Positions 9,710-18,876 of a stretch of 64,000 nucleotides of DNA are shown in pieces. The position numbers were made by a program, and so were the translations under genes. The DNA comes from Anaerolineales bacterium (GTDB taxonomy: Bacteria; Chloroflexota; Anaerolineae; Anaerolineales; E44-bin32), in assembly GCA_034430795.1 (NCBI GenBank), contig DAOUDJ010000116.1, forward strand, positions 254 to 64,253, in the 5' to 3' direction. The notes under the pieces were generated by a model, which was not told where the DNA came from, made no database searches, and worked only from the letters and a program-made list of their open reading frames with translations. Each line of letters starts with the position of its first letter. The first letter of the stretch is position 1.

Positions 9710-12217
9710 TCAATCAGGCTTCGTTCCCTGATGGATCACCACCACGCCCGCATCACCGTCTACCGTCAGCAGATCTCCTGTTTTGATCATGGCACAGGCT
9801 TTACTAACGCTAACCACGGCAGGAACTCCGTATTCCCGAGCTACTGTGGCTCCATGAGAGAGAAAGCCACCGATCTCAGTTACTATCCCAGCCGCCGTTA
9901 AGAAGAGCGGTGTCCATCCCGGATCGGTACTGGGTGCCACCAGAATCTCACCCGGTTGAAATGTCCATACAAGAGAAAGGTCTTTCAGCACTCTAGCCCG
10001 ACCCTTTGCCTGGCCAGGGCTGCAAGCAATACCTTCGAGTACACCACAGGATGATGCCCCCACATGGGTTTCTACTGGTGTCAAATGTGAATCAGTTACC
10101 CAAAAAGGTGCGTCCTCATTCGCCCACAATGCATGGGCGTTTCGTCGTTCCTGAACGGTTTGAATTGTCCCAGTGCCGAGTGCCTTGTCCCCACAAGCCA
10201 GAGCGATGGCTTCGCTAGCAGTCAAAAAAAAGATATCATCTACTGTTTCGATAACGCCCTGGGATCTAAGCTTTTCACCCAAAGCCAGGAAGAGTTGACG
10301 CAGAACATAATACCCCTCCATCAGGCGATATTTCATGTTCTCACGGAGGGTGACACATATACTGTACGAATGCAGAAGACGTCGAAAGATCTCCTTCTGC
10401 CACCACTTTAGATGGCCTTCCACTTCCGCCAAAGAGTCCTCCCGCAAGCGCCGACACTGATCTGACTGAACATCCAGGCTATTTTGTCGACCATCCTGTA
10501 GATAGCCACGGATAATTTTGAGTAAGAAACCAGGATCTTCACGCCACCGGGGAGTTCTCAATTCAAACTCACCTACCGCCCGGGCACCGTTGCTGCTCAG
10601 AAATGCGTCAAATCCTGTCAAGAACTCCTGCCCGTCCTGCGTGGCGGCAATCTCATGTGATATAACCTGCCAGCTCAAGTCTCGCATCAAAAGAACCTCA
10701 AGGGCAGGGGTTTTTTGTGCCTGCTTTGCCAACCTCCACAGCGATCGCCCCTGCGTGGCTGTTTGCAAGTCTTCTCGGCCGGTCAGGATTATAGGCAACA
10801 AGGAATCGGGGTGTGAGGGTAGATAGCGACGTAGCAGGGCAGAGAGGAGACCAAACACACTGATGGCATACCCGGTACAACGCAGGTGCAGTTGAAAACA
10901 TTGCGCAACCCAAGAGAATGCCAGTTCGACTTGGGGCTTCAGGACTTCTTCGTCAAGCTCTGTCGCTCTACCCGGAAGATTTCGTAGATCAAGAGGCATT
11001 CGCGAACCAAAACGATCTACACGCCATTTCAGAAGTGGAACACTGGTCAGTATATCGAATACAAACATCGCTTGCTTTCCCCATAAAAACGAGGGAAATC
11101 TCGAATCTTTACCAAGAGAGGTCTCAATGTGTTTGGGGATCTCAACACCGAGCACCCATCGCATTACCTCGGTTGTGACACCAGGCAGCCCACAGAACCT
11201 GCCCAGCATCATATCCAAGCGTAGATAAGCTCTGCCAGAAAATAGACTCACACCCTCGTCAGTCGTGTCATCCTTACCATGACCATCGGGACCATCCACG
11301 ATGGATAGAGGGCGGTTTAACAGCCCCTGTCGAAACACAGACCACGTCAATGGAGTGACCACGTCAGGCAAGACCTCCCCGATGTTCGCACGGGTCCAAT
11401 AATTAGAAGCTGTTATAGATTTTAAGGTACTGATGGTGACCGGACGTGCCTGCAGTAGGTGGAATTGGCCCTCATAGAGTGCCCACTCCATGTCCTGAGG
11501 TTCCCCAAGTATCGCTTCGGCCTGCCATCCCAGGTCAGCCAACTGGTGACATTGAACAGAAGTTAGCAGGGGTTGTTCAAGGACCGGTTCAACACTCACT
11601 TCACCTTCGACGGTCACTCGGTATCGGTCCGGGGTGATCTTTCCAGACACCAGGTCATCACCTAAACCGACCACGGCCTCGATAATCGCTTCGCCCACAC
11701 CTGACAAGGGATCAACAGTGAAGAGCACACCACTGACCTGGGCTGGGATCATCCTTTGTACTAATAAAGGAAGGACTGCTTCACCTTTGACCTGCTGCTT
11801 TTCCCGGTAGTATTGTACGCGCGCCGAATCAGCCGCCTCCCAACACCTATAAATGGCCGTCAGAAGATCATTCTCATTCTCAACGTTAAGACGGGTTTCG
11901 TATTGACCAGCAAACGAAGCTGCGGATGAATCCTCGGCTGTACCCGACGAACGGACCGCCACTTTGGCTCCATCTGGGGCCAGCCTATGATAGGCGTTCT
12001 GGATTTCTCGGACCATCTTCGGAGGAATGCAGCCCTTCAACCCGAAACGTGCGAATCCAAAGGCAGTGATACAAAAACCGTTTGGCACCAAAAACCCCGC
12101 ATTCATCAAGGAGCCGAGAACAGCCGCCTTACCGCCTACGATAGCCCGGTCATCCACAGTTACGTTTTCTAACCAGCGCAAGAAAACAGTCATAGCACTC
12201 CTTGAGAGCCAAGACAC
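9710..12217 (-). CDS. PEP-utilising phosphotransferase with RPH/PigC-type architecture (ATP-grasp, substrate domain, His swivel)
   Basis: GGKAAVL, VAVRSSGTAEDS..SFAGQYET, QDMEWA, central WTRANIGEVLPDVVTPLTWS and C-terminal TDPGWTPLF...GGFLSHGATVAREYGVPAV. Likely start 12193 (AAGGAG RBS). Confidence 0.9.
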   Translation of the reverse strand: MSWLSRSAMTVFLRWLENVTVDDRAIVGGKAAVLGSLMNAGFLVPNGFCITAFGFARFGLKGCIPPKMVREIQNAYHRLAPDGAKVAVRSSGTAEDSSAASFAGQYETRLNVENENDLLTAIYRCWEAADSARVQYYREKQQVKGEAVLPLLVQRMIPAQVSGVLFTVDPLSGVGEAIIEAVVGLGDDLVSGKITPDRYRVTVEGEVSVEPVLEQPLLTSVQCHQLADLGWQAEAILGEPQDMEWALYEGQFHLLQARPVTISTLKSITASNYWTRANIGEVLPDVVTPLTWSVFRQGLLNRPLSIVDGPDGHGKDDTTDEGVSLFSGRAYLRLDMMLGRFCGLPGVTTEVMRWVLGVEIPKHIETSLGKDSRFPSFLWGKQAMFVFDILTSVPLLKWRVDRFGSRMPLDLRNLPGRATELDEEVLKPQVELAFSWVAQCFQLHLRCTGYAISVFGLLSALLRRYLPSHPDSLLPIILTGREDLQTATQGRSLWRLAKQAQKTPALEVLLMRDLSWQVISHEIAATQDGQEFLTGFDAFLSSNGARAVGEFELRTPRWREDPGFLLKIIRGYLQDGRQNSLDVQSDQCRRLREDSLAEVEGHLKWWQKEIFRRLLHSYSICVTLRENMKYRLMEGYYVLRQLFLALGEKLRSQGVIETVDDIFFLTASEAIALACGDKALGTGTIQTVQERRNAHALWANEDAPFWVTDSHLTPVETHVGASSCGVLEGIACSPGQAKGRARVLKDLSLVWTFQPGEILVAPSTDPGWTPLFLTAAGIVTEIGGFLSHGATVAREYGVPAVVSVSKACAMIKTGDLLTVDGDAGVVVIHQGTKPD

Positions 12218-12373
12218 CCAGGTACCGCCTCCGAAAGAGCTTGGTGCGGTCGATCCAACTGTGAAGGAGGATCTCTGCGAGCTAGGGAGGCAGCTATATC
12301 GAGCTGGGTGATGGTTAATTTCCCCAGGTCTTCACTCCATTCAGATGAAACAGGTCGACCTGCAGTATTGAAC

Positions 12374-12960
12374 TCAGACTCTTTGCTCTCTCTGAACCCA
12401 CTGCACTGCATCGGCACCCACATCGTCATCGGCATCATCGCTGATCCCCACGCTACCTTATGTGACTGCTGAAAATCGGAAAACGCCCAGGTACCGCCAC
12501 TCACCTCCACTGACATTACCTTGGAAGGTTACCACGATGGTTGTCGCCCCACTGTCAAAATTGATAATAAAAGGCTGATTTGTTGCTCCGAACGGCTCAA
12601 TCCCACCCCAGATGAAGACCTCGTAATACCCGCTGCTGTTGCTGCTTGCGCTGCCCGAGTCATTACCTGATAGGGTTAAGAGAACCTCCATGATGGGTGT
12701 CCCATCCGTTTCATGTGCGTAACCTGATATCGCATAACCTTGTGGCGATGGATAGCGCCGCAGCTCGTTTCAACCAAATCCAGAAAATGTTTCTCCATTT
12801 AAAGTCCCACTGATGTTGAAAACGACGTGACCGGAGAGGATGTAAGACATTTCATATGTGAATTTAATTGTTCGGAAATGGATCGAACCTTGACTCGTGG
12901 GGAACGTCACATCGCAGTGCTAATAATCGCCAACATCAGTAATATTGAGCTCCTTATCTA
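12374..12960 (-). pseudogene. Relic of a secreted/surface protein (carboxypeptidase-regulatory-like segment plus Golvesin/Xly CBD-like C-terminus)
   Basis: One frame reads through three stops: ...GDY*HCD...GFG*NELRRYPSPQGYAISGYAHETDGTPIMEVLLTLSG...GGEWRYLGVFRFSAVT*GSVGISDDADDDVGADAVQWV. The GGEWxxLGxFxF...V.ADAV pattern is Golvesin-like. Confidence 0.6.
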
Positions 12961-12969
12961 AGAATCCCT

Positions 12970-14220
12970 TCACCTAAGATACTTGGTGATCAACGAACGA
13001 TTCAATCGATCCCGCAAACTACGCCGGATTAACCCCAGGCGATCATACACCAGCAACCACCATATCAACGGAAGTGAAATATGGGGGGTGTTGTGCCGCA
13101 GACTATGCAGCATTTCCGGACCGGACATCTGATCGAGCTTATTCACCGTATAATTCCAGGCTGCCTCACCGCGATGCCATTCCAGGTCAGCGAGCATTAC
13201 CGATTGGCGATAACCTCGACCATTTCTGGTTTTCCACATTCGCTCATAATCAAGCAAGCGAGATCGACTGAAGTCCTGCTCTCGGAATGCGCTGACTGCC
13301 ACTCGACCACACAACTGCCCGTTCAACAATGCTGGCTCTGCCCCCATACATGCCCAAGGCGTCGCCTGTCCGGCAGCATCACCAACCAACATCAGTCCAT
13401 CATAAACTAGCCGCTTAACAGGACCTATCGGGATGGAACCAATGTGTACATCTTCTGGGATAGCATCTTGTAGGATTTCTGCGTAAGGGGAGAAATCCTG
13501 TAAGGCATATTCAAACCCCTGTTTACATTCTTTTTCTGGAAACTGCGACGAGTTTGTGAGTCTGGCGAATCCAAAGCTAGCCCGCTGACCCCCGAATGGA
13601 TAGAACCAACCTCCCCCATTACCGTGACGAGGGTTTCCCGTTAAAAAAAGAGCCACCCTTTCCTCACCAGCCGGAGCACTGCAGTTCCTAAATAATCGGC
13701 CATAGCTGTGACTATACATGGGCGGTGTAGGGTGACCTAATTGCCGGGCAGTGAAATGTGCACGACCTGAAGCATCAATGAGTAGATTGCAAGTCACTTT
13801 ACTTTTGTTCCGCAAACAAACACTCCATCCTGCTGGATTGTGATCCAGTTTGACGGCCCAAGCCGATAAATGTGCAAAAGTCGGGTATTCCTGTAACCTC
13901 GTATAGAGTTGACTAGATGCCGCTGAATAATCCAATGAGACGAATGGTGTCTTATCATGTATTCGCAATGCTTGATTACCGTTGCGTGTGCGCATAGCAA
14001 AGCCATGATAACGCTCCAGAATACTATCTTCTAAACCATACTTTTGAATAGTATCAAAAAACGTCAGTGGAATCGAACGATTGGAGCCGATAGCTCCGTC
14101 AATCAGGATTACACTTGCCTTGCTATGCTCTGCGATAGTGAGCGCCGACGAGAGCCCAGCAAGTCCTCCGCCGATAATCGCGATGTCGCACTCGAGTGCG
14201 AGAGAATGAGTGTTATTCAT
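12970..14220 (-). CDS. FAD-dependent oxidoreductase, geranylgeranyl reductase / lycopene cyclase-like
   Basis: IAIIGGGLAGLSSA, LLIDASGR, GGGWFYPFG and LVGDAAGQATPWACMGAEPAL. Start overlaps the stop of the upstream ORF (translational coupling). Confidence 0.8.
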   Translation of the reverse strand: MNNTHSLALECDIAIIGGGLAGLSSALTIAEHSKASVILIDGAIGSNRSIPLTFFDTIQKYGLEDSILERYHGFAMRTRNGNQALRIHDKTPFVSLDYSAASSQLYTRLQEYPTFAHLSAWAVKLDHNPAGWSVCLRNKSKVTCNLLIDASGRAHFTARQLGHPTPPMYSHSYGRLFRNCSAPAGEERVALFLTGNPRHGNGGGWFYPFGGQRASFGFARLTNSSQFPEKECKQGFEYALQDFSPYAEILQDAIPEDVHIGSIPIGPVKRLVYDGLMLVGDAAGQATPWACMGAEPALLNGQLCGRVAVSAFREQDFSRSRLLDYERMWKTRNGRGYRQSVMLADLEWHRGEAAWNYTVNKLDQMSGPEMLHSLRHNTPHISLPLIWWLLVYDRLGLIRRSLRDRLNRSLITKYLR

Positions 14221-15230
14221 TCGTAACGCTTATCCCTCCCACGTATTGTGCAACTATCCGCGCACCTGCGATGCCTGACTCCATTGCCTGGGGTACACAA
14301 GGAAAATCTGGCTGGACAGAATCTCCCACACAAAGCAGGTTTGGAATCGGCGTGCGAACAGGAAAACGGTGTTGGCCCAGTGCGGGTGAAACGTAAAAAA
14401 CAGAAGGCGGGAATCCAAACTCGCGCTCATAACGGATGGGATCATAGACAGAATAACCGGTTATCGCTCTTGAAAACCCCGCAAATAACTTCTCCAATCC
14501 ATCATGCATGGTCCGTTGAACATGATCATCCAGGCACCTGGAGGTCACTTCTCCCCTGGGAAAATAGAATTGCAGCGTTGCCGGGCGATCACCATCTAAA
14601 TTGGGATCAATATTCGAAGGTATATGAAGTATAAACATCGGTTCATTTGGAAAACGGCCTTTGTCAAGAGCTTGAAATCCTTCTTTAATATCAGAGCTAA
14701 CAAAAAACACGGCGATTCCAGGGGGGATATTATAAAAACGCGAGAAGGTTAAGAAGATATTGACTACTTTTAATGTTGTTTCCAGATTTCTAACCTGGCT
14801 ATAGTAATCAGCCTGCCAATCCCCCGGATCTGTTAAACGCAAAATTGTAGACCGCAATCCGACGTTGCTTACCACCACATTACCGCTGAAATCACCTAGA
14901 TTTGTTTTCACACCAACCGCGCGACCATTCTTTACCATGATCTTATTTACCTTTGCATTAAGAAGTAATTTACAATTACTTTTAGCTAGATCAACAAGAA
15001 TGGAGGATATTTCTCCATTGCCTTTATGTGAGGCTTCAGACATGGAAATTTTATATTTTTTTTCCGCTGGATTTTGCGGTGATAAATAACTGGCAGGCAA
15101 ACGATAAGGACTTACACCTGATACACTAACCATCGAAACAAAAAAATGGCGTCAAACATCATTTGTAATTACCGTATCAAAGATCTGGCCAACAGATTCA
15201 TATCTTTCAAAAGTCAGCGGATCAGATAGG
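14213..15230 (-). pseudogene. Phytoene desaturase (CrtI/COG1233)-like flavoprotein lacking its N-terminal FAD-binding domain
   Basis: ORF 14213-15133 has KGNGEISSILV, AKVNKIMVKNGRAVGV, VVVSNVG and FPVRTPIPNLLCVGDS. The frame extends upstream through a TGA (SVGQIFDTVITNDV*RHFFVS). No GxGxxG is present upstream. Confidence 0.7.
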
Positions 15231-15329
15231 ATCCTTGAGCGGTACTTGAAACGAAGTAATCCCTGTAATTAGAAATATGGCAGCCATCATGGATAGTTGA
15301 TTTGGTTTCATTCATAGAAACATATTGGA

Positions 15330-15450
15330 TCAGTCGTGCAGAATAAGTATTCCAAGATTAGTAAAAACTATACATCCACATTCCGGGCGAGATTCCATCG
15401 TTTGTGGCACAGATTGTTTTTCTGGCTGAACCGAATCGCCAACGTCGCAA
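15330..15450 (-). pseudogene. C-terminal relic of a second CrtI-like paralog
   Basis: VGDSVQPEKQSVPQTMES (15390-15443) matches VGDSVQPDFPCVPQAMES (14276-14329) of the downstream gene. Confidence 0.55.
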
Positions 15451-15463
15451 TGAGCGGCGGCCA

Positions 15464-16708
15464 TTATCTTCGGAGCACCAACTTCAATATTTTTTGAAAA
15501 AGATAGTTGACGGTATTTAGAGTGTACCTTCCCGGCAGCTCGGTGCGCGGGGTGGGTGTGCCCAGGAGAGGGTAGAACAATGCCCGAAACTTGTCGGGCC
15601 AGGACAGGAATCCTCCCATAAAAGCCAATTGGGTAACTTTTGGCGGTAGGTATGGGTCCCATCGAATAAAGATATGAGCTAATTGGACGAGTCGATATTG
15701 TAAATTAATTGACTTGTGTCTTTCACCCTCCATCCATAAATCCTGGTACTTCTGCATCGCTTGTGAAGAAAGATCCCCCTTTGCTAATGACTGGCTCATC
15801 ACCTGGCCTGCCAATTTACCGGCTGCCACCGCATTATCAAGGCCGGATCCGAGTAAAGGAAAAACCATACCTGCTGCATCACCCACAACCATGGACGAAG
15901 TACTCGCTATGTGTTTGGCTGGGTTCATAGGAACGAAGGCACCTCGCTCACTCACTATCCTTTTGTCTTTCAACACCTTGGAAGCAACTGGGTGATGTTT
16001 GATAAAATTCATCAGATCCGTCTTCAATTTTCTTGATCGGCGCAACTCGCCTTCCAGACAACCCAGGCCAACATTCAAGGTGTCTTTATATGGGAATATC
16101 CATCCGTAACCCCATTCAGCAATACCTTTTCCATAATAAATTTCACAATGTTCCATCGGGTTGTTGGGCCAATCCAACTCATAGGCCAACGCAAACGCCG
16201 TACCAATTTCATTGGGTTGATAGCCAAGTCCAATCGAACGAGCCAAGGTGTGAGGTCCATCTGCAAAGATTACGGCTTTCCCGTAAAGCTTGATATTTTG
16301 CCAGGGTTTAAATGTATGGGCAATAATTTGCACATTACCAGGTCCAGTCACACCGACCTGGCGTGCACGGGTATTCGTCATCAATTCAGCACCTGCCTCC
16401 ATGGCCTTCTCCGCCAGCATACGGTCTAAAATCTTTCGCTGAATTGTCACTTGTTGTGTAGGATTATTGACCCTGCCCCAGGGCATAATATGGACTTCTT
16501 TACTCATGACCTTTTCGATTACTTGTGGGTAAAGCTCTAACTCTTCAACAACTGAACGACTGATCATACCTCCACAGACATTGTCTTTGCCAGGGCAGGA
16601 AGATTTTTCTATCAGGATAACTCGCCAGTTGTCCTGCGCCAGGCGCTGCGCGGCCATAGAACCCGCCGGCCCAGCTCCGATAATAATCACATCATAAATA
16701 TCACGCAT
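15464..16708 (-). CDS. Geranylgeranyl reductase family flavoprotein
   Basis: YDVIIIGAGPAGSMAA, EK...PGKDNVCGG, VIFADG, GYGWIFP and VVGDAAGMVFPLLGSG. AAAGGA RBS upstream. Confidence 0.9.
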   Translation of the reverse strand: MRDIYDVIIIGAGPAGSMAAQRLAQDNWRVILIEKSSCPGKDNVCGGMISRSVVEELELYPQVIEKVMSKEVHIMPWGRVNNPTQQVTIQRKILDRMLAEKAMEAGAELMTNTRARQVGVTGPGNVQIIAHTFKPWQNIKLYGKAVIFADGPHTLARSIGLGYQPNEIGTAFALAYELDWPNNPMEHCEIYYGKGIAEWGYGWIFPYKDTLNVGLGCLEGELRRSRKLKTDLMNFIKHHPVASKVLKDKRIVSERGAFVPMNPAKHIASTSSMVVGDAAGMVFPLLGSGLDNAVAAGKLAGQVMSQSLAKGDLSSQAMQKYQDLWMEGERHKSINLQYRLVQLAHIFIRWDPYLPPKVTQLAFMGGFLSWPDKFRALFYPLLGTPTPRTELPGRYTLNTVNYLFQKILKLVLRR

Positions 16709-17111
16709 AGTCGTTTCCTTTCATCTTTCAACCATTACCTCGTCTCATATCAACCAAAATCAAGTCACCCGATTGGAAATCGGGGTTGAAAATCAGCACA
16801 TTATCGTCGAAATCATAGGCAGGTTCTGTTGAAACCGTTGGTGTGTCAATCTGGCCTGTAGTTTCTGCCAAGTATACCGCCGCCGATAGACCTACAACAC
16901 CACCGTCGATGCCCGGTTTATCAAGTATGAGGGTGCGCCCATAAAGATAGAATTTGTGTTTCTTTACAGAATGAAAACTGGAAGCAAGATCGATACCAAT
17001 GTATTCCGAGGTTTTCTTTTATTCAAAGAATTGCTGGTGAACGGATGGATGCCAATGAGGTGAACCACCGATATGGTCCCTTTTTTCGAATACTTCAACT
17101 TCATAATCTGA

Positions 17112-18632
17112 CTTGAGTTTTGACTAATTTCATTAACGTCAAAAACAATGATACAGGCAAATGCACCTTAACAATCGAGTTTCAAGCCGCAGAAACGGCG
17201 TATATAGACTGTTTCGGACACTTTCGGATCACCGGAAATCGCTCCCGCGGCTTCCTTGGCTTGCCTTTTGGCCATCCCGGAGGAATTCCGCGCGGTTTGG
17301 GCGATAATGCCGGGTTACCAATCGCGCGAAAAACCGTACCGATACCTCTTTTCACTCTTCCCGGCGTAAGATCATGCTGCAGGCGCTGCCAGGGAAGGGG
17401 TTGATCTTGAACAATCGGCCTTGCCAGATAGAGCATCCACATTGCCAGACTGACTAGAGTGCTCCAACGATCAGCAGCTTCCACAAGTTGAAATTGGGGC
17501 AAAGTCCACCAAAGTCGCTGCTTGCGAAAGCGGATACTGGGTTCAATGGGCCATCGATGTTGGTAAGCCTGCCAGATGGTTTCTGCATTCACCTGGATAC
17601 CTTCGAGCATGGTCGCTGGTGCTTGCCAGGCGAGCCATAATGGCGCAGGCGGTTCCTCTTTCTCCAAATGAGCTTGTACTTGAACTACATCAAACCAGGT
17701 GTCCACAGATTGCCATGCATGCAGATCATTCCACCGGCGGATCTCGACAGAGCCCCAACGTGGATGCTGAAGCGCGGCGAATTCATCGGGTTCACCCCAG
17801 GTCTCGGGCTCCTTGAATGCGAAGCGCGGCCCATGCTTTCGGGGTCGACCCCGCTTCCTCACCTTTCGTTCTTGAACTGGGCGAAAGAGCACCCGATCTT
17901 TTCTGAGCCGAACAACTATCCCACATGGTTGGTCTTTGAGCGCATCCATAAAGTGGTGATTGCCATATTTGGCGTCGGCAGACACAATGTCCAGCCCATG
18001 ATCACGGAATCTGCGAACCTGGCACAGCCTTTTCACCTGCCCAACTCCGACTTCCAGGTCAGTATGCTCGCTGGAAACGCGCTCTACATCTACTGGCAAT
18101 GACCAACTGCTGTTCGGCTCAGGCACCCAGTCCAAGAGGGAATAAGCGTGTCCAATCACGACCAATGATCCCTGATTGGTTCTACTTGGCTGGTACACAT
18201 ACTGTCGGTCAGGAAGGGTATGCGCTTCCGGTCTTGCCCATGCAGTGCAATCCAGCGAGAAGAATTGGATACCTATCTCGGGAACTTGCTTCGCCAAATA
18301 ACTCCTCAGCCAGGTTGTGTCTTGTTGCCCTTTTTCCAGAGCGGCATAGACACTGGACCAGCGTCTCGTGAACGCTGCCGAGCAACTTAACATCGGGAAG
18401 GATGCAATTTGGTCTTTCAGCAATAGCGCATCCAAAAGCTCAAATTGTGCGTCCCTCCGGCGTGTGAAGCCATATTGGTAAATGGCTTGTCGAAGATCCT
18501 GACCAGGGCCGAAACTCGGATAGTTTGCTAATCTGTTTTTCGGTGTTGATTTCTTTTGTCATAAGAAAAGTCTACACCGATGGGCGGTATAGCGCGAGTC
18601 GCTAGCCGCCCGACTTTTTGTCAAAACTCAAG
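17112..18632 (-). mobile_element. IS701/IS4-like DDE insertion sequence (1521 bp)
   Basis: Perfect 13-bp IR CTTGAGTTTTGAC (17112-17124) / GTCAAAACTCAAG (18620-18632). 7-bp TSD AATCTGA at 17105-17111 and 18633-18639. Confidence 0.92.
17182..18562 (-). pseudogene. DDE (DDE_5-like) transposase with a 5' frameshift
   Basis: SLDCT (D), SADAKYG (D) and WPIEPSIRFRKQ (E). ATG at 18562; a 19-bp insertion at 18495-18513 shifts the frame, leaving the 417-aa ORF 17182-18435. Confidence 0.8.
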
Positions 18633-18876
18633 AATCTGAACGAGCAAGGTTAATCGCTGCAACCAACCCGGATATACCTGCTCCAAATATTTTTATTAGT
18701 TTGACAGATGTTTTCATGGCATGGTTTTTCCTGTAACGAAAGAGATACCCTGAGGTCACCCAGAACAGATCGATCCAGTTTAAAAATGCAGCCAAAAGGA
18801 ACTTTTCTTATTTGAGTTTATAAATTCTCGATTTTTGGATACTTATAGGGAGTTTCGACAGACTTTGTCCATCGAT

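Larger units (their letters stand above)
16728..18717 (-). pseudogene. FAD-dependent oxidoreductase gene split by an IS and truncated
   Basis: Removing 17112-18632 and one TSD copy restores [51 protein letters not shown]. There is an in-frame TAA at 17019-17021, and the frame ends at 16728. Confidence 0.8.

Noticed and set aside
9710-12217. Annotation as PEP synthase or PPDK
   Set aside because: It lacks the C-terminal PEP/pyruvate-binding barrel, and the His domain is terminal.
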